From Eledone cirrhosa (lineage: Eukaryota), in the NCBI GenBank assembly GCA_964016885.1, contig OZ024748.1, positions 52,142,001 to 52,206,000 on the forward strand: 64,000 bases of DNA, in the 5' to 3' direction. Positions 39,694 to 51,117 of the stretch are shown here, piece after piece. The notes under the pieces are model-generated. The model searched no databases and was not told where the DNA came from. It worked only from the letters and a program-made list of their open reading frames with translations. How positions within the stretch are numbered: the stretch's first letter is position 1; each line of letters starts with the position of its first letter. The position numbers and the translations under genes were made by a program.

Positions 39694-40634
39694 TTATATA
39701 TATACATATATACTTATAAATATAAATATATATATATATAAGTATATATGTAAATATGTATATATATAAGTATATATATATGTATGTATATATATAAGTA
39801 TATATATATATATATATATATGTACGTATGTGTGTGTGTTTGTCTATGTCTGAAGGTAGGTTTCATCTTTGATATAAGTTTTTTTCTCTTTCTCGTCAAG
39901 GGGCTTCTTCTGCTGAATTCTCTTAATATTATCATTGTTATTAGCATCATCATCAACATCATCATCATAACCATCACTGTTGCTGTAGTTATTATCATTG
40001 TTGTTTTCATTGTTGTTGTTGTACTTGTAGTTTTCCTAATTTTTGTGGTAAAATAGAAGACGAGAGGGGGGGTGAAGAGTGTGAGAGAGAGGGCAAGAGA
40101 TGGGGTGAGGGATAGAGATAGAGGGTGAAGAGTGTGTGTGTGAGAGAGAAAGAGAGAGGGTGAAGTGTGTGTGGGAGAGAGAGAGTGAGTGCAAGAGAGG
40201 GGATGAGAGATAGAGAGAGGAGGGGAAGAGCGTGTGTCAGAGAGAGAGAGAGAGTGAGGGAAAGAGAGGGGGTGAAGTGTGTGTGGGAGAGAGAGAGTGA
40301 GGGAAAGAGAGGGGGGAGTGTATGTGGGAGAGAGAGAGTGAGGGCGAGAGACGGGGTGAGAGTTAGAGGGGTGATAGAGAGAGAGGGTGAAGAGTGTGTG
40401 AGAGATAGAGGGTGATAGAGAGAGGGGTGAAGAGCATGTGAGAGAGAGAGGGGGTGAGAGACAGAGGTGTGATAGAGGGGGTGAAGAGTGTGTGAGAGAG
40501 AGGAAGTAATAAGTATTCTTTGTTAGATGAATTATAACTCAGATATATATTTCATTTATCTTTTCATTCCTATTTTCATTTCTTCTCCCTCTTCCTCTCT
40601 AGGTAATTCCTCATATTTCTGTTTACTTATTTCT

Positions 40635-41480
40635 TTATCACATCATTACTGTTTATCATTACTGTTTAGTATTACTGTTTATCATTACTGTTTAGTATTA
40701 CTGTTTATCATTACTGTTTAGTATTGCTGTTTATCATTACTGTTTAGTATTGCTGTTTATCATTACTGTTTAGTATTGCTGTTTATCATTACTGTTTAGT
40801 ATTATCATTACTGTTTAGTATTGCTATTTATCATTACTGTTTAGTATTGCTATTTATCATTACTGTTTAGTATTATCATTACTGTTTAGTATTGCTGTTT
40901 AGTATTGTTGTTTATCATTACTGTTTAGTATTGCTGTTTAGTATTGTTGTTTATCATTACTGTTTAGTATTGCTGTTTAGTATTGTTGTTTATCATTACT
41001 GTTTAGTATTGCTGTTTATCAATACTCTTTAGTATTGCTGTTTATCATTACTGTTTAGTATTGCTGTTTATCATTACTGTTTAGTATTGCTGTTTAGTAT
41101 TGCTGTTTAGTATTGCTGTTTATCAATACTCTTTAGTATTGCTGTTTATCATTACTGTTTAGTATTGCTGTTTATCATTACTGTTTAGTATTGCTGTTTA
41201 GTATTGCTGTTTAGTATTGCTGTTTATCATTACTGTTTAGTATTGCTGTTTATCATTACTGTTTAGTATTGCTGTTTATCAATACTCTTTAGTATTGCTG
41301 TTTATCATTACTGTTTAGTATTGCTGTTTATCATTACTGTTTAGTATTGCTGTTTAGTATTGCTGTTTAGTATTGCTGTTTATCAATACTCTTTAGTATT
41401 GCTGTTTATCATTACTGTTTAGTATTGCTGTTTAGTATTGTTCTTTATCATTACTGTTTATTTTTATCATTATCATTACT
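40635..41480. repeat. Minisatellite of alternating 13-mers (ttatcattactgt / ttagtattgctgt)
   Basis: Read directly. Confidence 0.95.
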
Positions 41481-41665
41481 GTGGTGGATTGGCAGTATCG
41501 GTAGAGGGTCGGACGCCATGCTTTCCAGCATAGTTACGTCCCTTTACGATCTGAGTTCAAATCGCGTCGAGGTTGACTTTGCCTTTCATCCTTACGGGGT
41601 CGATAAAATAAAGTACTAGTAATGCTCTGAGATAATTGCTGGCCTTGTGCCTAAAGTAGAAACAA
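41481..41665 (+). mobile_element. Nin/Deu-domain-type SINE
   Basis: gtggtggattggcagtatcggtagagggtcggac ... gaggttgactttgcctttcatccttacggggtcgataaaataaagtac. Confidence 0.87.
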
Positions 41666-41779
41666 TTAATATTATTATCATTACTGTTTACTACTCTTGT
41701 CATTATTATTATTATTATTATGGCAGTGTCTAAAGAGTGGGTAACAGAGAGAATATTTATGGATAAATCAATGATCTTG

Positions 41780-42217
41780 TCAATTCTGATGATGACCATG
41801 GTAGTGTTGGTGTTAGGGGTGGTGGTGTTGTTGGTGGTGGTGGTAGTGTTGGTGTTAGGGGTGGTGGTGTTGTGGGTGGTGGTGGTAGTGTTGGTGTTAG
41901 GGGTGGTGGTGTTGTGGGTGGTGGTGGTAGTGTTGGTGTTAGGGGTGGTGGTGTTGTGGGTGGTGGTTGTCATGAAGATAATGATAATGTCAATGGTAGT
42001 GTTAGTGGTGCTGCTGCTTTTCTTGTTGTTGTTGTTGGTGGTGGTAATGGGAGTGCAGATTATGGTGGTGGTGTTGTTGGTGTCAGTTGTGGTGGTGTTG
42101 CTAGTTGTGGTGGTGGTGGCACTCCTTTTGTTGGTGGTGCCGTTGTTGTTGTTGTTGTTGTTGTTGTTGTTGGTTGTGATGGTGGTGGTGGTGGCACTCC
42201 TTTTGTTGGTGGTGCCG

Positions 42218-42248
<31 letters not shown>

Positions 42249-43465
42249 CGGTTGTGGTGGTGATGATGGTGGTGGTGGTGGTGGCACTGCTTTTGTTGGT
42301 GGTGCCGTTGTTGTTGTTGTTGTTGTCGGTTGTGGTGGTGGTGGTGGTGGTGGCACTGCTTTTGTTGGTGGTGCCGTTGTTGTTGTTGTTGTTGTTGTTG
42401 TTGTCGGTTGTGGTGGTGATGATGGTGGTGGTGGTGGTGGCACTGCTTTTGTTGGTGGTGCCGTTGTTGTTGTTGTTGTTGTTGTTGTTGTCGGTTGTGG
42501 TGGTGGTGGTGGTGGTGGCACTGCTTTTGTTGGTGGTGCCGTTGTTGTTGTTGTTGTCGGTTGTGGTGGTGATGGTGGTGGTGGTGGTGGCACTGCTTTT
42601 GTTGGTGGTGCCGTCGTTGTTGTTGTTGTTGTTGTCGGTTGTGGTGGTGATGGTGGTGGTGGTGGTGGCACTGCTTTTGTTGGTGGTGCCGTTGTTGTTG
42701 TTGTTGTTGTTGTCGGTTGTGGTGGTGATGGTGATGGTGGTGGTGGCACTGCTTCTGTTGGTGGTGCCGTTGTTGTTGTTGTCGGTTGTGGTGGTGGTGG
42801 TGGCACTGCTTTTGTTGGTGGTGCCGTTGTTGTTGTTAGTTGTGTTGTTGTTGTTGTTGGTGGTGATGATGATGATGATAAATATATTGATGAGGATGAT
42901 GTACATTTGGTGCTGTTGTTGTGGTTGTCGGTTATGGTGGTGATGGTGGTGGTGGTGCTGTTGTTGTTGTTAATGGTGTTGTTGGTGGTGATGATGATGA
43001 ATATATTGATGAGGATGATGTACATTTAGTGCTGTTGTTGTTGTTGTCGGTTGTGGTGGTGGTGGTGGCACTGCTTTTGTTGGTGGTGCCATTGTTGTTG
43101 TTAGTGGTGTTGTTGTTGAATATATTGATGAGGATGATGTACATTTGGTGCTGTTGTTGTTGTTGTGGTACTGTTGGTGGTGGTGTGGTCGTTGCTGATG
43201 ATGATGATTAAGTCTATTAAAACAATAACAATAGTAACATAACATAATTACAATCAAATTGACCCCCAGTTTATGAACGGTACTACTTTTGTCAACTTTG
43301 AAGAGATGAAAGGAAATTGTGATGCTGGAGGGCTTTGAAATCAGACTCTAAAGGGATGTAACTAAATACCAAAATAACCATAATAAAGCTTCGTTCATTT
43401 GCAATATGAGTAAATTGTTATTAAAAAACAACATCTAGAACATAAAATTCCTCCAATAGTAACGA

Positions 43466-43496
<31 letters not shown>

Positions 43497-45412
43497 AATG
43501 GTGATGATGGTGGTTGTGGTGGTAATGGTGATGATGGTGGTTGTGGTGGTAATGGTGGTAGTGAGGAGGGTGATGGTGGTATGGGTAATAATGAGAATGA
43601 TGTTGGTGATGATGATAATGATGATGATGATGATGGTGATGGTGGTGATGATAATGATGATGATGGTGGTGGTGGTGGTAATGGTGGTAGTGAGGAGGGT
43701 GACGGTGGTATGGGTAATAATGAGAATGATGTTGGTGATGATGATGATGGTGATGGTGTTGGCGAGGATAATGATGGTGGTGGTGGTGGTGGTGGTGAGG
43801 ATAATGATGATGATGATGATGGTGGTGGTGATGGTGATGATAATAATGATGATGGTTGTGATGGTAATGGTGGTAGTGAGGAGGGTGGAGGTGGTATTGG
43901 TAATAATGAGAATGATGTTGGTGATGATAATGATGATGATGGTTGTGGTACAGACAATACTGATGTTAGTGGTGCTGGTGGTGAGGGTGATAATGCTACT
44001 GTTCCTGCTGCTGCTTATGACGACGATGATGATGATGATGATGAAGATGATGATCATCATCAACATCATCCCCATGGTGGTGATGATGGAGTAATAATGA
44101 AGATGATGATGATGGTGATGGTAGTGGTTGGTGGTGGTGGTGGTGAGGATGATGGAGGTGGTGCTACTGCTGCTGCTGCTTATGATGATGATGATGATGA
44201 TGATGCTGATAGTGATGATCATAATCACCATCATCATCATCATGGTGGTGGTGATGGTAGTGGCATTAATAATGGAGTTGTTGATGATGATGATGATAAA
44301 GACGTTTATAATGAAGATAATCATATTACTAATGATTGTAACAATGGGGACTGATAATACTGGTAGTGGCGGTGGTGGTGGTGGTGGCGGTGGTGGTGGC
44401 GGTGGCGGTGGTGGTGGCGGTGGTGGTGGTGGTGGTGGTGGTGGTGGTGGTGGTGGTGGTGGTGGTGGTGGTGGTGGTGGTGGTGGTGGTGGTGGTGGTG
44501 GTGGTGGTGGTGGTGGTGGTGGTAGTGGTGGTGAGGGTCAGGGTGGTGGTGGTGGTGGTGATGGTGGTGGTGGTGGTAGTGGTGGTGGTGGTGGCGGTGG
44601 TGGTGGTGGTGAGGGTCAGGGTGGTGGTGATGGTGGTGGTGGTGGTGGTGATGGTGGTGGTGGTGATGAAGAAGATGATGATGGTCATGATGATGGAAAT
44701 GATGATGGTGATGATCATGATGATGGTGATGGTGATGGTGGGGATGGTGTTGGTGGTGACGGTGGTGACGGTGGCGGAGGTGGTGACGAAGATGATGATG
44801 GCCATGATGATGGAAATGATGATGATGGTGATGATGATGATGGTGGTGATGGTGGCGATGTTGATGAAGATGATGGTGATGGTGATGATGGTGTTGGTGA
44901 TGGTGGTGGAGGTGGTGATGGTGGAGGAGGTGGTGACGAAGATGATGATGATGATGGTCATGATGATGGAAATGATGATGACGATGGTGATGATGATGAT
45001 GATGATGATAATGGTGATGGTGGTGATGGTGGTGATGATGGTGATGGTGACGAAGACAAAAATGGTGGTGGTGGTGGTGATGATTGTGCTGATTAATGAT
45101 TATCATGATGATCATCATCATCTTCATCATAATCATCATCATCACCACCACCAGCATCATGGTAATGATCCTGATCCTGAATACAACAACAACAGCAACA
45201 ACAACAACATGGAGGAACCTTACAATAAGCTGAGTCTGTGAAATCTTGGGTGAGGAGGGTCACAACCAATTAGATCAATCCCAGATCTTGAATATTTTAT
45301 GGATGTGGGAAGGATGAAAGGATATGTTTATTCTCCTGGGATTTGAACTCACAGCATAAAAGAAACTAACTAAATACCAAAACAAGAAAAACTATAACAC
45401 TAATAATAATAG

Positions 45413-45488
<76 letters not shown>

Positions 45489-45544
45489 GCTATTACTACT
45501 ACTACTACTACTACTACTATTACTACTACTACTACTACTGCTAT

Positions 45545-45603
<59 letters not shown>

Positions 45604-45643
45604 TTACTACTACTACTACTACTACTGCTATTACTATTACTAT

Positions 45644-45680
<37 letters not shown>

Positions 45681-45724
45681 GCTATTACTATTACTACTAC
45701 TACTACTGCTATTACTATTACTAC

Positions 45725-45788
<64 letters not shown>

Positions 45789-45789
45789 G

Positions 45790-45842
<53 letters not shown>

Positions 45843-45939
45843 GCTATTACTATTACTACTACTACTAATACTACTACTACTACTACCACTGCCACTACTA
45901 CTACTTCTACTACTACTAATACTACTACTACTACTACTG

Positions 45940-45976
<37 letters not shown>

Positions 45977-47120
45977 CACTACTACCACTACTACTACTAC
46001 TACTACTGCTAATAATAATAATAATAACGATTTCATTTATTAGCCACAAGGGCTGACATGTAGGGGACAATTAGGACATGTAGGCCAGCAAATACCCAGT
46101 ACATTACTGGTACTTTATTTTATCGACCCTGTAAGGATGAAAGGCAAAGTCAACCTCGGCGGAATAACAATAATGTTTTCGTGTATTCTGTGTTTGCCAC
46201 ATGGGTGACAGGAATACATTAAAAAAACAGCTAAATGTATTTTATAAGAACAACAGTAGTAACAACACTAATGATAATGATGGTGGTGGTGGTGGTGGTG
46301 TTGGTTGGGGTGACGGTGGTGATGCTGGTGGTGGTGGTGTTGGTTGGGGTGATGGTGGTGATGCTGGTGGTGGTGGTGATGGTGTTAGTGGAGGTGGTGG
46401 TGGTGGTGTTGGTTGGGGTGATGGTGGTGATGCTGGTGGTGGTGGTGATGGTGTTAGTGGAGGTGGTGGTGGTGGTGTTGGTTGGGGTGATGGTGGTGAT
46501 GCTGGTGGTGGTGGTGATGGTGTTAGTGGAGGTGGTGGTGGTGGTGTTGGTTGGGGTGACGGTGGTGATGCTGGTGGTGGTGGTGATGGTGTTAGTGGAG
46601 GTGGTGGTGGTGGTGTTGGTTGGGGTGATGGTGGTGATGCTGGTGGTAGATGGGCTGGTGTTAGTGGAAGTGGTGGTGGTGTTGGTGGTGGTTGGGGTGA
46701 TGGTGATTGTCGTGGTGGTGGTGGTGGTGGATGGGCTGGTGGTAGTGGAGGTAATGGTGGTGGTGGTGGTTGGGGTGATGGTGATGGTTGTGGTGGTGGT
46801 GGTTGGGGTGATGGTGATGGTTGTGGTGGTGATGATGTTGGTGGTGGATGGGCTGGTGGTAGTGGTGGTGATGGTGGTGGTGGTGGTTGGGTGATAGTGA
46901 GGATGATGATAATGATGGTGATGATGGTGGTGGTGGTGGTGGTGGTGATAATGACATTTATAATGAAGATAATCATATTAATGATCAATGTAACAATGAT
47001 AACGATAATAATAGTAATAGTTATAGTGATGATGATGATGATTATAATATCAACAATAACAACAACAACATCCACAATAACAACAATAATAATAATAATG
47101 ATTTCTTTTATAACAACAAT
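41780..47120. repeat. Compound GGT/GTT/GAT/CTA triplet arrays with higher-order units
   Basis: Units such as ggtggcactgcttttgttggtggtgcc(gtt)n-gtcggtt (42110-42835) and ggtgttggttggggtgatggtggtgatgct (46297-46645); (CTA)n at 45413-46010. Confidence 0.95.
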
Positions 47121-48166
47121 AAATGATAAATACTAAAGGAAAAATACCTGGTTTTGTTGGTTGTTTTGTCGTTTCTTTTTCAGGAAAATGAAACACCTTG
47201 TTATTATGAGAATTCATTTGTGCTTAATTTTGGTATTTTTTATCTAGAAAATTCCATGCCAATTTAAATTCTTTTGTCTTCATTCATTAAACTAGTAAAG
47301 AATACAGATCTTCGTTGAACTCCGTTTCCCACCCTATTGAAACTAAATAAATAAATAAAAATAAAGAATATATATTGAAATTAACTAAACTAAAAAAAAA
47401 AAATGAGAAAAAATGATAAAAAGAATTAGTTATAAAAAGAAATTTTAAAATTATAATATTTCATATTTAAATTTTATATTCATTCATTAATAAATTCTTT
47501 TAAATTTAAATTTTTTAAGAATTTTATTTTACTATGATATAATTTTAAACTATTTTATATTTCTACGGCAGAATTCCCTGAAACAACAAATGCAGAGAAA
47601 AAATAAATAAATAAAATTAAATTTAAATTAATATTAAATTAAAAATATAAAGATATAAAAAGCCACATGGGAATTTATTTTAAGCAAAATCAATTAAAAA
47701 TTAAAATATAAATTTTGTAAAAAAAAAAAAATTAAATAATAATAATAATAATAATAATGATGATGATGATGATTAGGCTAAATGGAGCAAAACAGGACAA
47801 AATGATGATAAAGAAAATGAGACATAATTGAATTTAATGAGATGTTACTTAATAAACCTCTGTAGAAAATCATTAGCAATGTAAACATTGAGTAAATTGA
47901 CGATGTTTTAAGAAGCTTAAAAACAAAATAAAGAAAGAGAGGAGAGAAATATTTGAAGAAAATTTAATAATAATAATAATAATAAATCTAATGATTACAT
48001 CTGTAAGATTAGCTTTGAAAGTCTCAGAAATATAAACAAAAGATAATGAAAATCAGAATAATCATGCAAAATATAATTTTCAAGTTTTGAAATGTATATA
48101 TTTATTTATTTATATCATCATCTTCATCATCATTATCACATTAAATGATGATGATATATATATAAA

Positions 48167-48208
<42 letters not shown>

Positions 48209-48296
48209 TGTTTTTTTTTTAAATGTAAACAACAAAAAACACTGGTATGTTATATATTTTTTGTACATATCATATTTAAGACAACTATGTCTTATG

Positions 48297-48353
48297 TAAT
48301 TCTGATGAGTCCTTATATTATCTTAATGTTAAGTATGAAACACATGTAAATTA
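48297..48353 (+). ncRNA. Type I hammerhead motif
   Basis: taatt-CTGATGA-gtccttatattatcttaatgttaagtat-GAAAC-acat-GTA-aatta; GAGTAC follows at 48450-48455. Confidence 0.7.
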
Positions 48354-48548
48354 AAATATGATATAGTTAGCAATGATTAACTTATTTCTAAATGAATAAA
48401 TATATATATTTCAAAAGTTGAAAATTATATTTTGGTGTGATGACCTTTAGAGTACTTAACAGAAATTCCAGAGTAACAAGACTCAAACTTAGCCCTAATA
48501 AAGAATCTCTTTGAGCACTGATATTCTCATTATATAATATATGGATAT

Positions 48549-48579
<31 letters not shown>

Positions 48580-48580
48580 A

Positions 48581-49092
48581 ATGGAAAAAATGAAATTTCA
48601 TTTCTCACTCTTAGTACAGCTAATACTTAAATATAAGTATGTATACATACATATATGTATACAGACGTACAGTAGTATACATACATACATGCACACATAT
48701 ATATATATGTACGTATGGGTTTACCGAACATTTATTATAATGTTCGGTTTGTTTGTAAACAAACAGCCCGAATTAAGCCGTACAGTGTTTGGCAACCATC
48801 GTTGCCTTTTTGTTCAATCGATTGACAGGAAGGTATACAGTGCTGATGACAGCTAATAAGCTAGAAACTAGTTCATCGTTCCTTTGTCAGTGTAGAACAA
48901 AAGGGCAACGATGGTTGCTGAACACTGTATGGCTTAATTCGGGTTGTTTGTTTACAAACAAACCGAACATTATAATAAATGTTCGGTAAACCCATATGCA
49001 CATATATATATCTGTGCATGTATGTATATATATATACATACTACTGTACATCTGTATACATATAAGTATGTACGTATACATACTTATATTTA
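48581..49092. mobile_element. Long fold-back module with a hammerhead motif (48840-48876, plus) in the central loop
   Basis: Arms about 48628-48815 / 48895-49092; centre gtg-CTGATGA-c-agct-aata-agct-a-GAAAC-ta-GTT-cat; family fragment inverted at about 33003-33110. Confidence 0.75.
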
Positions 49093-49290
49093 TATATCTA
49101 TATATATTATTATACTTGGGGAGGGTCATATTGTTATAATATTGCCAGAAATAATAACAGAACACAATCACTGTTTGGTTTGGGTTGGTTTTCGCTTCTG
49201 CATCGATTATATCTCCATAGTTAATTTATTTGGCAATCAATGTTTATTATTGGTTAAAAATACAGATATAAATATATATATATAAAGTCT

Positions 49291-49332
49291 ATCAAAGTTC
49301 TTTCGTTGCACATCTGCAACATCATCAGTGGT
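49291..49332 (-). ncRNA. Hammerhead motif in the 3' UTR of a PLE
   Basis: Minus strand acca-CTGATGA-t-gttgca-gatg-tgcaac-GAAAG-aa-CTT-tgat, about 230 nt downstream of the GIY-YIG stop codon. Confidence 0.68.
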
Positions 49333-49560
49333 ACTATTATGTTTCCTCCCATTGTATTGTATTGTCTATGCCATTTTTATTTTTATTTATTTATTTATTT
49401 ACTCTTGTCCCTGTCTCTGTGCATGCGTTTGCATGGGTGTATAATGTTTGGTATGTGTGTTCGCATTTGAGTGTATGTGTTTTTGCTTTTGTATTCTATC
49501 TTTGTTCACTAGTGTGTGTTTATATGTGTTTGTTGTTATTGCACTTGTGTATTTATTTAT

Positions 49561-49971
49561 TTATATTTCCCTTAAGTCAATATTGCTTGTTTGGGTATGG
49601 TTGTTGTTGTTGTTCCATTCGTTCTTTCTGTTCAACTTCGGTCTTCTTAGTTCTATCTCAGTTGCCTCTCTGATCTGCCAACCTGTTGAGTCATTTCTAT
49701 GTTTAGATACTATTTTAATTTCGATGTTGTCTATATTACCGTCATGTCTTTGTCTGGCGTGTTCATATGGTACTGAACCGTTTTTTAGTCCTTTTAGTTC
49801 CCCCCAGTGTTGGTCTATTCTTTCTCCTATACTTCAAGCTGTCTCACTTATGTATGTCATTGTCATGTTTCTGCAAGTACCCTCTGTACATCTTATGCTA
49901 TAGACTACATTTCTAGTTTTACAGTTTATCTGGGGCTTCATTTTACGTATAACACATTTCTTATTTGTACA
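49561..49971 (-). pseudogene. Penelope-like GIY-YIG endonuclease domain (5'-truncated PLE, about 49105-49971)
   Basis: One frame: CTNKKCVIRK..NCKTRNVVYSIRCTEGTC..TYISETA*SIGERIDQH..SVPYEHARQRH..WQIREATEI..PKLNRKNEW; single internal stop at 49834-49836; absent from the ORF track. Confidence 0.88.
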
Positions 49972-50389
49972 TATATATATAGAAATATATATACAAATGT
50001 AAGGAATCAAAACATATCAAAAGTATATATTGAGTTGAAACTTACAATATTCCCTTATAATGAAAATAGCTCAAGGAAAAAATGTCCAAGCCTTATAATA
50101 TAATATAATAAAGAGAGACAAACACAGATATATACAGATATGCATTAAAATCACAAGGGATGTAAACCACCAGAGTGAAGAAAATACTAACTAAGGTTAA
50201 TACGGTTTGCTAGACTCAATTAAACGGATAAATTAAGAATTATGAACCGAATTATGATAACTATCAACCACCATACAGCTTTTGGTAGAACTGTTTCACA
50301 ATTAAGTGGAGAGAGTTACAAATCCAATAGTTTTCAGTGGATGTCAGATTAGTAATCTCCTCACTACTAAATTTCTTAGAAGACTAGAT

Positions 50390-50565
50390 AATTGTCTCTA
50401 TTTTAGGCACAAGGCCAGCAATTACCCAGTGCATTACTGGTACTTTATTTTATCGACCCCGTAAGGATGAAAGGCAAAGTCAACCTCGGCGGGATTTGAA
50501 CTCAGATTGTAAAGGGACGTAACTATGCTGGAATGCATGGCGTCCGACCCTCTACTGATACTGCC
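50390..50565 (-). mobile_element. Nin/Deu-domain-type SINE
   Basis: Reverse complement of the 41481-41665 family. Confidence 0.87.
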
Positions 50566-50928
50566 TGCGTGTGTGTTAAGAGAGAAAAACGCACGTGGAA
50601 TTCCGTGCCTAGTGGGTCGAGTAGAACGTAGGTTACTAAAAATAGCAGCCAAACTCACTTGACATGTAAAAGCTCAACATAAGTTTAGAAGCTGAATTTA
50701 TCAAAAGTATATATTGAGTTAAAAACTCCCAATAGTCCCTTATAATTGATTTGAATGCATATATCTATATATCTGTGTTTGTCTCTTTTTATTATATTAT
50801 ATATAAAAATATATATATACTATATATATATTATATAGGAATATATATATAATATATATATACTATAGGTATATATTATATAGGAATATATATATAATAT
50901 ATATATACTATAGATATATATTATATAG

Positions 50929-50973
<45 letters not shown>

Positions 50974-51117
50974 AAGGTTAAACAAGGTTCAATGAATAAA
51001 TCAAAGAATGAGTTTTGCAATAGATTGGAAGCACTCAACAGTATGGTTTTCCGGAGTTATTAATATTAATTCAAAATATTAACAAAAATAAAACTTCTTG
51101 TGATCAAGTATATTTTA

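Noticed and set aside
44128-45096. Gly/Asp-rich 322-aa ORF resembling an acidic matrix protein
   Set aside because: Pure GGT/GAT slippage array open in multiple frames on both strands, with no gene structure.
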